Assembly: GCA_963826925.1 (NCBI GenBank) | Contig: CAWGYX010000009.1 | Coordinates: 15,899-79,898 of the forward strand | Source of the DNA: an uncultured Acidobacteriota bacterium | GTDB taxonomy: Bacteria; Acidobacteriota; Terriglobia; Terriglobales; Acidobacteriaceae | Reading direction: 5' to 3' | Length of the DNA stretch: 64,000 nucleotides | Part shown: positions 31,995-42,000 of the stretch, one piece after another | How the letters are laid out: each line of letters starts with the position of its first letter | How positions within the stretch are numbered: position 1 is the first letter of the stretch | Translations under genes and position numbers: made by a program | Notes under the pieces: generated by a model | Database searches by the model: none | Told to the model about the DNA's origin: nothing | Seen by the model: the letters and a program-made list of their open reading frames with translations, nothing else

Positions 31995-32774
31995 GTGGCA
32001 GCGCCGTTGAATTTTCACCTCGAGCAGTACAATGGTCCGCTCGACCTGTTGCTCGACCTGATCCGCAAACAACAGATCAACATCTACGACATCCCCATCG
32101 CCTCCATCACGCAGCAGTATCTCGAATACATGCAGCGCGCGCTCCAATTGGATATCGAGCTGAGCTCCGAGTTCGTCTACATGGCCGCCACGCTGATTCA
32201 CATCAAGTCGCGGATGCTGCTTCCCAAAGATCCGGAACTGGAAAAGATCTCGCCCGAAGAAGATCCGCGCCAGGAACTGGTGGACCGGTTGCTCGAACAC
32301 GAGCGCTTCAAGAATGCCGCCGAAATGCTGCAGCAGAAGCGGATGGTGGAAGATGTCTCGTGGTCGAATCCGCAGATGGCGCAGTTTTTAGCCGACAGCG
32401 AAGAGCCCGAACTGGCGGTCTCGCTGTTCGACCTGGTGAAGACGCTCCAGACCGTGCTCGAGCGCGCCAAGAACCGGCCGGTTTACGAAGTCGGCAAAGA
32501 GGACATCAGCCTGCCCGACATGATTCGCTATCTCGAGCGCGTGTTCGGCGAGCTTCGGACCGGCGAATCGCTTCCCGCCGCCGAGCTGTTCGAGCGGCAG
32601 GCCAGCCGCCGCGGGATGATCTGCCTGTTCCTCGCCATGCTCGAACTGGTGCGCCGTCAGGCGCTGATGTTGACCCAGCAGGACGCCTTTGGCGACATTG
32701 GATTGAAGAAGCAGCGTAGGTTTGATGAAGTGCTCGGCCAATCGTTGGTTGGCATCGAAGAGGAATACAGCTAG
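31995..32774 (+). CDS. scpA: segregation and condensation protein A
   Basis: Intact. F.L.QYNGPLDLLLDLIRKQQINIYDIPIASITQQYLEYM...EFVYMAATLIHIKSRMLLP. Confidence 0.9.
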   Translation: MAAPLNFHLEQYNGPLDLLLDLIRKQQINIYDIPIASITQQYLEYMQRALQLDIELSSEFVYMAATLIHIKSRMLLPKDPELEKISPEEDPRQELVDRLLEHERFKNAAEMLQQKRMVEDVSWSNPQMAQFLADSEEPELAVSLFDLVKTLQTVLERAKNRPVYEVGKEDISLPDMIRYLERVFGELRTGESLPAAELFERQASRRGMICLFLAMLELVRRQALMLTQQDAFGDIGLKKQRRFDEVLGQSLVGIEEEYS

Positions 32775-32779
32775 CCCAA

Positions 32780-33469
32780 ATGGAACCCACAGAAGTACAA
32801 GAAGTACAAATTGACCCCGACACCGATTTGCTCCCGGGTCTCGCTCCCTCGTATATCGAACTGCCGGACGCACAATTGAGAGCGGTGGTCGAAGCGGTGA
32901 TCTATGTGACCGATGAGCCGCTGTCCGCCGATCAGATCGCGACGGCCTTGCAACAGCCGGCCGCAAGGATCGGACAGGTGCTCGAAGAACTGACCGCCGA
33001 GTACAACAGACCCGACCACGGGCTCACCATTCGTGAAGTGGCCGGTGGATACAAAATGTCCACCAAGCCCGAGCATCATGAGGCCATCCGGACATTCGTC
33101 AAGAATCTCAAGCCGCCGCTCAAACTATCGCTGGCCGCGCTGGAGACGCTCGCGTTGATTGCTTACAAGCAGCCGATCACCGCGCCTGAGGTGATGGAGG
33201 TTCGTGGAGTGCAAGGCGCGGGAGTCCTGAAAACACTGCTCGATCGCAAGTTAATCGCCACCGCGGGCCGCAAGACAGTCCTCGGCAAGCCGATTCTGTA
33301 TAAGACCACGAAAGAATTCCTGGTGCAGTTCGGGTTGAAGGATCTGAGCGAGCTGCCGACGCTCAAGGAATTCGAGGAACTGGGGCGGCTGTCGATGGGA
33401 GATGACGTCGAGGCTCCCCAGGAGCCCGAGCCGGCGGTTGAGCAAACCGAAACGTCTGTGACCGAGTAG
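32780..33469 (+). CDS. scpB: segregation and condensation protein B
   Basis: Intact. AVVEAVIYVTDEPLSADQIA...GLTIREVAGGYKMSTKPEH...LSLAALETLALIAYKQPITAPEVMEVRGV...GRKTVLGKPILYKTT.EFL..FGL. Confidence 0.9.
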   Translation: MEPTEVQEVQIDPDTDLLPGLAPSYIELPDAQLRAVVEAVIYVTDEPLSADQIATALQQPAARIGQVLEELTAEYNRPDHGLTIREVAGGYKMSTKPEHHEAIRTFVKNLKPPLKLSLAALETLALIAYKQPITAPEVMEVRGVQGAGVLKTLLDRKLIATAGRKTVLGKPILYKTTKEFLVQFGLKDLSELPTLKEFEELGRLSMGDDVEAPQEPEPAVEQTETSVTE

Positions 33470-33483
33470 ATGCGGCCGTAAAT

Positions 33484-34230
33484 ATGGCCGCCGAACGTCT
33501 GCAAAAGTTGCTCGCCCATGCCGGCATCGCCAGCCGCCGCCATGCCGAACAGTTGATGATCGAAGGCCGCGTGACGGTGAACGGCGCGGTGATCACCGAG
33601 CTTGGGACCAAAGCCGATCCCGAGAAAGACCACATCAAAGTGGATGGCAAGCGGGTGGGCGCGCCGGAGCGCCTGGTTTATATTGCCATGAACAAACCCA
33701 AAGATTGCATGTCGACGGTGATGGATCCAGAGGGCCGGCCAACCGTGATGGATCTCCTGCGCGGAGTGAAGGCGCGCGTCTATCCGGTGGGCCGCTTGGA
33801 CTATTTGAGCGAGGGGCTGTTGCTGCTCACCAACGACGGCGAGTTAGCCAAGCGCATCACCTCCGCCGCAAGCCACGTGACGAAGACTTATCTGGTGAAG
33901 ACCAACGGGCAGCTCTCGCCCGATCAGGAAGAGAAATTCCGCGAAGGAGTTCCCCTCAGCGGGAAGAGGACCGCGCCGGCCGGCCTGAAGTTGATGCAGC
34001 GGGCACAGAACCCCTGGTACGAAGTACGATTAATTGAAGGGCGGCAAAATCAGATTCGTCTCATGTTCAAACATTTTGGGCGGCTGGTGGAAAAGCTCAA
34101 ACGCGTGCGAATCGGCTTCCTGGAGCTAGGTTCGCTCGAACCGGGAAAGTTCCGGCATTTGACGCCCGCCGAGGTAGCGCGCTTCCGCAAGCTTTTGGCG
34201 ATGGAGACGTTGAAGGGAGAGGGGCGATAG
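33484..34230 (+). CDS. rluB: RsuA/RluB-family 23S rRNA pseudouridine synthase (S4 domain plus catalytic domain)
   Basis: Intact. RLQKLLAHAGIASRRHAEQLMIEGRVTVNG and catalytic VGRLDYLSEGLLLLTNDGEL. The scpA-scpB-rluB order is a common conserved arrangement. Confidence 0.85.
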   Translation: MAAERLQKLLAHAGIASRRHAEQLMIEGRVTVNGAVITELGTKADPEKDHIKVDGKRVGAPERLVYIAMNKPKDCMSTVMDPEGRPTVMDLLRGVKARVYPVGRLDYLSEGLLLLTNDGELAKRITSAASHVTKTYLVKTNGQLSPDQEEKFREGVPLSGKRTAPAGLKLMQRAQNPWYEVRLIEGRQNQIRLMFKHFGRLVEKLKRVRIGFLELGSLEPGKFRHLTPAEVARFRKLLAMETLKGEGR

Positions 34231-34233
34231 CCG

Positions 34234-34629
34234 ATGTCTGGAATCCCCGATCTGCTGCGCAACAGCCGTGTCATTGCGGTGGTAGGGCTTTCGAGCAAAC
34301 GTGCCCGGCCCTCCTATGGCGTCGCAGAATATATGAAGCTGCAGGGATACCGGATCATCCCCGTGAATCCGAATGAGTCGCAAGTGCTAGGCGAGAAATC
34401 CTATGCGCGCCTGGAAGACGTTCCCGAGCACGTGGATATCGTCGACATCTTCCGGCGCTCGGAATTTGTGGCGCCAGTCGTGGAATCAGCCATCCGCATT
34501 GGTGCTTCCGCGGTCTGGATGCAGGAAGGCGTGGTCGATCAGGTGGCGGGGCGGAAAGCCAAAGCCGCGGGACTCGCGGTGGTCATCGACCGCTGCATTC
34601 TAAAAGAACACCAGCGCTACCTGCGCTGA
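34234..34629 (+). CDS. CoA-binding domain protein (YccU/YneT-like)
   Basis: Intact. IAVVGLSSKRARPSYGVAEYM...GYRIIPVNPN...VDIVDIFRRSE...AVWMQEG. Confidence 0.85.
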   Translation: MSGIPDLLRNSRVIAVVGLSSKRARPSYGVAEYMKLQGYRIIPVNPNESQVLGEKSYARLEDVPEHVDIVDIFRRSEFVAPVVESAIRIGASAVWMQEGVVDQVAGRKAKAAGLAVVIDRCILKEHQRYLR

Positions 34630-34645
34630 CCGACTCGCGGCTCTT

Positions 34646-35401
34646 TTACTTCTTCACTTGCATGTGCGGCGCATCCTGGTTATTCTCGATGCACTCGTAT
34701 TCTTCCACGCGTGTATTTGGCGGACGCCGCAAGAGCGCTCCGGTAGTCCAGGGTTTCGTCAGCACTTTGGGATCGGTGACTGTAGCCGTGTAAGTGATCG
34801 TGTCGTCGCTATTGAGCGTGAAGCGCTCCACGACGTGCAAAGCCTCGCTGTGAAAACTCCCGGTCCCGCTGATCCACGTCTTATCGTTGAAACCGGTGAC
34901 ATCCACAACCAGCGTGTCGCCGTCCCAGCGCGCAGCCGAATCGCCCATCCAGGTTGGAACCAGATCGTTCGGATGCTGTAGCTTGTCGTTGAACGGAATG
35001 ATGCGAAAAGCGTGGTAGGACTCGTAGGCGATCACAACCTCTTTCGGCGTTTGGACGATCTCAAAAGGCATGGGCATCGAAGTGATGCGTGGAACGCCGG
35101 GGAGCAGACAGGCCAGCGTCGGATCGTCGGCGGCAGTGAATGTCTTGGCCTTGGTCTCAGCCCAGGACTGGTAAGGCAAAGGCTCGCGCTTCGGTGGCGG
35201 ATTCACCGGCGGAGGACCTGCGGGCGGCGGCGCGATGCCGGGCTCGCCGTAAAGACTGACTCCGCCGCTCTGCCAGACACCGGAAAGATCGGGCTTGCCG
35301 TCGGCAGTTCTGGGAATCGGCTTGGTGGCTGCAAAAACGAGAGACGCCGACAGTGTTGCTGCGACCGCTATCGCAAGGAAAGGCGCTAAACGGATCGTCA
35401 T
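34646..35401 (-). CDS. secreted protein of unknown function (partner of the His-His protein upstream)
   Basis: Intact. Signal MTIRLAPFLAIAVAATLSASLVFA. Motifs: KPDLSGVWQ, a Pro-rich linker, ACLLPGVPR, WMGDSAARWDGDTLVVDVTGFNDKTW and HSEALHVVERF. ATG 35401 lies 1 nt after the upstream stop. Confidence 0.6.
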   Translation of the reverse strand: MTIRLAPFLAIAVAATLSASLVFAATKPIPRTADGKPDLSGVWQSGGVSLYGEPGIAPPPAGPPPVNPPPKREPLPYQSWAETKAKTFTAADDPTLACLLPGVPRITSMPMPFEIVQTPKEVVIAYESYHAFRIIPFNDKLQHPNDLVPTWMGDSAARWDGDTLVVDVTGFNDKTWISGTGSFHSEALHVVERFTLNSDDTITYTATVTDPKVLTKPWTTGALLRRPPNTRVEEYECIENNQDAPHMQVKK

Positions 35402-35402
35402 A

Positions 35403-35804
35403 TCACGGCCTGCTTGCGGCGGCGGGTCCGGCAAATTTCTTTCCGCCGCCAGGGAAGGTAATTTCGCGGCCGGCCACTCGCGTAGTGCTATCTTTGGCCG
35501 GGTATGCAGTGACGGTAACCGTATCGCCCACTTTCAGGTCGTCGCGGGTGAACCCGGTCCGCTTCAACGTATTCGGAGGGTAACCTTCCACAGCCCAATT
35601 GACGACATTGCCACCGGCATCTTTCACGTCGACATAGAAGTAGATGTGCGGATTGGTCCACTCTACCTTGGTGATCACGCCGGTCAGAGTGACTTCTTTG
35701 CTTTCGTACTCGGCGGAGAAGGAGTGATGCGCGAACACGGGAACTGCCGCGAAAATCAAACCTGCGCATGCCGACAGCAACGCGCGGAGTTTTGGCATCT
35801 GCAT
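35403..35804 (-). CDS. small secreted protein, mature N-terminus His-His (DUF6152-like as recalled)
   Basis: Intact. MQMPKLRALLSACAGLIFAAVPVFA|HHSFSAEYESKEVTLTGVITKVEWTNPHIYFYVDV.... Confidence 0.55.
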   Translation of the reverse strand: MQMPKLRALLSACAGLIFAAVPVFAHHSFSAEYESKEVTLTGVITKVEWTNPHIYFYVDVKDAGGNVVNWAVEGYPPNTLKRTGFTRDDLKVGDTVTVTAYPAKDSTTRVAGREITFPGGGKKFAGPAAASRP

Positions 35805-36021
35805 GGAAACCTCCACTATTACCAATTTCCGTACCAGTATTGCACAATGAATCGAAATCGGCAGAAGCGCCGGCCGGCCGATGCCCTTTCGAATTGGCGA
35901 TCATGTTTGTTACCAAAGAAACCAAACTCGTGAACCGGCTATTACGCAGATTTATAAAAAGCGTCATCCCTTTGTAACCGATCCATGTTAACCTACGCCC
36001 GCCTGCAAAAAAGTGTCAACG

Positions 36022-36032
36022 TTTTTTTTTTT
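36022..36032. repeat. poly(T)11 tract in the promoter region of the giant surface-protein gene
   Basis: Counted directly: g + 9 t + 2 t at 36021-36032. It lies 44-59 nt upstream of the two candidate start codons (36076 and 36091), in an AT-rich 250-bp divergent intergenic region. Confidence 0.9.
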
Positions 36033-36075
36033 AGCATCCGGTGACGCTTATTGCGAATTTCTTGCGTGAACACGA

Positions 36076-39000
36076 ATGGAGAATCTTCTGATGCGGACAA
36101 AAAGGCTTCTTACCATTGCCGGTTGCATAATTGGATCCATGCTCGGGCTGCCTGCTATGGCTGCCGACAGCCATCAGCGGGCGCTGCTCGAATATCAGCA
36201 ACTGCCACTGAATTTCCAGCAGAGCATGGCGCGCACCGGGAAGGACGTTGAGTTCGCCGCCACCGGGCTAGGCTACCGCGTCTCTTTAATGCCGCAAGAA
36301 GCGCTTCTCTATCTGAGCGGGCAAGCGCCCGTCCACCTTCGCCTCCTTGGCGGCGATCCGCGGGCGGCGGTGAATGGTCTTGACCCACTACCGGGCCGCA
36401 CCTTTTATCTCGAAGGGCGGGACCCAGCCGGATGGCGCAAGGCATCAGACTATGCGCGTGTACGCTACCACGAGATCTATCCCGGCATCGACCTGGTTTT
36501 CTACGGCAATCAAGGTCGTCTTGAGTGCGACTTCGTGCTGGCGCCCGGGGCCGACATCCGCCGCGTGCGGTTCGCCATTGAGGGAACCCAGCGTGTCGCG
36601 CTGGACCGCGAGGGGAATCTCACTTTGACAACGGATGGAGGCGAACTTTCTCTAGGAAAGCCGCTGGTCTATCAACAAACTGGCGCAGCGCGCAAAACGA
36701 TAGCCGGCGCGTTCCAGGTGCATGGGTCGGAAGTCAGCTTCTCGCTAGGCGGGTACGATCACAACCTGCCTCTGGTGGTAGATCCCACTTTGAATTATGC
36801 CGCTTACCTAGGGCGCAGCATCAATGATCGGGTGAATGGGATCGCTGTTGGCCCGGATGCCAGCACGTACGTTGCGGGAGTGGCGCCGGCGGTGACGGCG
36901 GCATCGCAAGATGAAGCCTTTGTGGCGCACCTCTCGGCCAATGGGAAGACGCTGCTGTACATGACCTACCTGGGTGGGACAGGCGCAACCACGGCCCGAG
37001 GCATCGCGCTGGACAAGGCCGGCAACGCCTATATCACCGGCGAAACCAAGGCTCCGGATTTTCCAGTCCGCGACGCATTCCAATCCTCTTGCGGGAAAAA
37101 TGCCGCCGACCGATGCCTTGGTGACGCGTTCCTGGCCAAATTGAATGCCGACGGATCCCCGAACTATGCCACTTATCTCGGCGGCTCGGGCGAAGACTCG
37201 GGCAATGCCATCGCGGTGGATCCATCGGGCGATGTCTATGTCGCCGGCTCAACCGATTCGATGGATTTTCCCACCATGCATGCGGCCCAACCGGCCCCAG
37301 GCCTCCGAGGCGACGCATTCGTCGCCAAGGTTTCCAAGGATGGTTCCCGGCTGATCTACTCTACGTTTCTGGGCGGCTCGGAGACGGATCAAGCCTTAGG
37401 AATTGCATTGGACAAGAATCTCAACGCCTACGTGACCGGCCAAACGCAATCCTTCGACTTCCCGGTGAAGAACGCTTTCCAGGCGCGGAATCGGTTGAAT
37501 GGCTCGAATCAATATGCGCAGGAGGCGTTTGTTGCGAAGTTGTCGCCCGAGGGTGACGAGCTGCTCTGGTCCACATACCTGGGCGGAAGCGGCGGCGACG
37601 CCGGCAACGCGATTGCGGTAGATTCAGCGGGGTCAGCTTATGTTATCGGTTCTACCTCGTCGGATGACTTTCCTCTCGCCAACCCGCTGCAGCCCCGGCG
37701 TCATGGGAATGCGGACGCCTTCGCCGCGAAGCTTTCGCCCGATGGTTCAGGCCTGGTCTATTCGACGTTCTTAGGCGGCAGCAACGACGATCTCGCTACC
37801 GGAATCGCGCTGGACGATCAGGGGATGGCGTATATCAGCGGGCACACCAGTTCACTCGATTTCCCCACGCAGGGCCCGATTCAGACCGAGTGCCGCAAGG
37901 ACGGTAAAGGCGAGTGTCAGGATGCGTTTCTCGTGGTGTTGAACCCTAAGGGAACCGGGCTTCGGTTCTCCACGTTTCTCGGCGGAACCGGGGCCGACCA
38001 AGGTTATGGCATCGCGATCGATAGCAAAGGCTCGGCCTATCTCGGTGGTGCGTCTACTTCGTCCGACTTCCCGATGGGCAAGCCGGCCGCGCCCGGCGCT
38101 GCAGCCAGGCATTTGGGGCTAAGCTCTATTACCTCAACCGCTGCGGCACAGACATCCGGCGGTATCATCGCGATGATATCGGGCCTCAAGCCCGACTCGA
38201 GCGGTTGCTCGGGTAGCATTAACTGGACTGGGACGGCTGGAAATAACCAGTGGACTACGGCCGGGAACTGGGATACGGGCGTGCTCCCGGCGGCGACCGA
38301 TACGGTCTGCATCGGAACGGCTTTCGCCGGCGTCACCATCACCATCGGCAGCATCACCTCAGTCACGAACCAGACCATTTCTACCTTGGTGAGCAACGCA
38401 AATATCAGCTTTACAGTGGGACCCCTAACCGTAACCGGCGGAGCCGACTTTGTGAACACGTTGTCCATCACCGGGGGAACCTTGACCCTCAATGGCACCA
38501 ATGGCAGTGCTGTGGGCGGAGCAATGACGCTAAACAACGCTGTTCTCGCTGGTACAGATACATTGACCATCACCGGGCTGCTGACGTGGGGAACCAACGC
38601 GGAAATGTGTACCGCGGCACTGTGCAATGCGGCTGGTACGGGAGTGACCAACGCCAACGGCGGGATTAGTTACACCACGGGTACGGTCTACCTCTATGGC
38701 CGCACGCTGAACAACAGCGGGACTGCGACGTGGGGGACCACGAGCGGTTATAACTTCTACCTGGCCTATGCAGCCGTGGTCAACAACAAGTCCGGTGCCA
38801 CCTGGAACTACACCAATGACTACCCCACCCTGAACACGAGCACGGGCGGCGGGACGTTCAACAACGCGGGCACGTTCGAGAAGACCGCCGGCACAGCCAT
38901 CACCACCGTTTACGCCGCGTTCACCAATACGGGAAAGGTGCTGGGAGATTCCGGGACAGTGACTTTCGCCAGCTTGGCTGGCACTTCGACTGGATCGTGG

Positions 39001-42000
39001 AGCGCGGCGAGCGGTGACACACTCGTGCTGGATGGCGGCACTCCGGCGCCCTCACTCAGCGGCAACATCAAAGGCGCCGGGACGGTGAGTTTCAACGCTA
39101 GGACGGTCGATATCATCGCCGGCGCGACATTCACGGGGACCGGCACGCTGGCCATCGCGGGCGGCACGGTCGTTTTTGAGACGGGCAGTGCCGTCACGAT
39201 TTCGGAGGCTGTCACGTTGGCCGGCAGCGGGATTCTTGCTGGGACGGACGCGGTGACCATCAACGGGCTGCTGACCTGGGGAAACAGCGCGGAGATGTGC
39301 ACAGTGGCAGCTTGCAATGCGGGCGGCGCGGGAGTGACCAACGCCAATGGCGGAATCAGTTACAGCACAGGGTATGTCTATCTCTATGGCCGCACGCTGA
39401 ACAACGCGGCAACAGCTACGTTGGGAACAGCCTCCGCCTTTGACCTCTACCTGGGCTATGCAGCGGTGATTAACAACAAGTCCGGCGCGATCTGGAATTA
39501 CACGAATGACTACCCCACGCTGAACATCACCACTGGCGGCGGGACATTCAATAACGTGGGAACGTTCGAGAAGACCGCCGGCACGGCGACGACTACCGTA
39601 TATCCGGCCTTCACCAATACGGGAAGGGTACTGGGCAACTCGGGGACCGTGACGTTCGCCAGCCTGGCGGGTACGTCGAGCGGATCGTGGAACGCAGCGG
39701 CGGGTGACACAGTCGTGCTCGATGGCGGCACTACCGCGCCCTCACTCAGCGGCAAAATCATAGGCGCTGGGACGGTTAGTTTTAACGCCGGCACGGTCGA
39801 TATCATCGCAGGGGCGACAATCACAGGGACCGGCACGCTGGCCATCGCGGGCGGCACGGTGATTTTTGAGACGGGGAGTACGGTGACGATACCGCAGGCG
39901 GTCACGTTGACCAGCAGTGGGATTCTTGCTGGGACGGACGCGGTGACCATCAACGGGCTGCTGACTTGGGGAGGCAACGCGGAGATGTGTACGGTGGCGG
40001 CTTGCAATGCAGGCGGTACGGGAGTGACCAACGCCAATGGCGGGATCAGTTACAGCACAGGGTATATCTATCTCTATGGGCGCACGCTGAACAACGCGGG
40101 AACAGCTACGTGGGGGACCACCTCCGCCTTTGACCTCTACCTCGGCTATGCAGCGGTGATCAACAACAAGTCCGGCGCCACCTGGAACTACACCAATGAC
40201 TACCCCACGCTGAACATCGCCACGGACGGCGGGACGTTCAACAACGCGGGCACGTTCGAGAAGACCGCCGGCACGGCCACCACTACCGTATACCCCGGGT
40301 TCACCAATACCGGAAAAGTTCTGGGAAATTCGGGGACAGTGACTTTCGGGAGCTTGGCGGGCACTTCGACTGGATCGTGGACCGCAGCGGCGGGTGACAC
40401 GCTCGTGCTGGATGGCGGCACTCCGGCACCCTCCCTCAGCGGCAACATCACGGGTGCCGGCACGGTGAGTTTCAACGCTGGCACGGTCGATATCATCGCA
40501 GGGGCGACATTCACAGGGACCGGCACGCTGGCCATCGCGGGCGGCACGGTGGTTTTTGACACGGGAAAACCTGTAACGATACCGCAGGCGGTCACGTTGA
40601 CCAGCAGTGGGATTCTTGCAGGGACGGACGCGGTGACGATCAACGGGCTGCTGACCTGGGGAGGCAACGCGGAGATGTGTACTGTGGCGGCTTGTAATGC
40701 AGGCGGTACGGGAGTGACGAATGCCAATGGCGGAATCAGTTACAGTACAGGGTATGTCTATCTCTATGGGCGCACGCTGAACAACAGCGGGACTGCGACG
40801 TGGGGGACCGCGAGCGCATTTAGCATCTACTTGGACTATGCGGCGGTGATCAACAACAAGGTGGGAGCCACCTGGAACCTTACCAATGACTACCCCACCC
40901 TGAACACGGCGGGCACCGGCGGGAAGTTCAACAATTTCGGGACATTCGAAAAGACCAGCGGCACGGGGTTGACCATAATACACCCAGGGTTTACCAATAC
41001 GGGAACGGTGCTGGGCAATTCGGGGACTGTGCGTCTCGGCGACTTGAGGGGAACCTCAAGTGGGTCGTGGAGCGCCGCAAGCGGTGCTGCGCTAGTGCTG
41101 AATGGCGGCACTCCTGCGCCCTCGCTCAGCGGCAACATCAGTGGCGCCGGGACCATAAGTTTCTCTCATGGCACCGTCAATATCATTGCAGGTGCTACCT
41201 TCACAGGTACTGGGCCGCTAGCCATCAACGGCGGCGCAGTGGTTTTTGAGACGGGGAGCCCGGTAATCCTATCGCAGGCCGTCAGGCTGACCACTAAAGG
41301 GATACTGGCGGGGCCGGACACGGTGACCATCAATGGGCTGCTGACCTGGGAAAACAACGCGGAGATGTGTACTGTGGCGGCTTGCAATGCAGGCGGTACA
41401 GCAGTGACCAATGCCAATGGCGGGATCAAATATGGCGGGGGCTATGCCTATCTCTATGGCCGAACTTTGAACAATGCGGGAACAGCCACGTGGGGGACCG
41501 CGAGCGCATTTAGCGTCTACTTGGACTATGCGGCGGTGATCAACAACAAGGCGGGAGCGACCTGGAACTACACGAATGACTACCCCACCCTGAACACGAC
41601 GGGCACCGGCGGGACGTTCAATAACGCGGGCACCTTCGAGAAGACCGCCGGCACGGCAACGACTACGATAGACCCGGCATTCACCAATACCGGAAAGGTG
41701 ATCGGTGATTCGGGGACCCTGACTTTCACCAGCCTGGCGGGTACTTCGACCGGGTCGTGGAACGCGGTAAGCGGAGACTCGCTGGTGCTGGACGGCGGCA
41801 CTCCAGCGCCTTCCCTGAGCGGCGCCATCTTCGGAGCCGGGGCGGTGAATTTCTCCCGTGGCGCCTTCAATATCGTTGCGGGCGCGACCTTCACCGGCTC
41901 CGGCGCGATGGCCATCAATGGAGCCGCCTTGGTTTTCGAGACCGGGAGTACGGTTACGATACCAAGGCCCGTCACGCTGGACAACAGCGGTATCCTCGCA

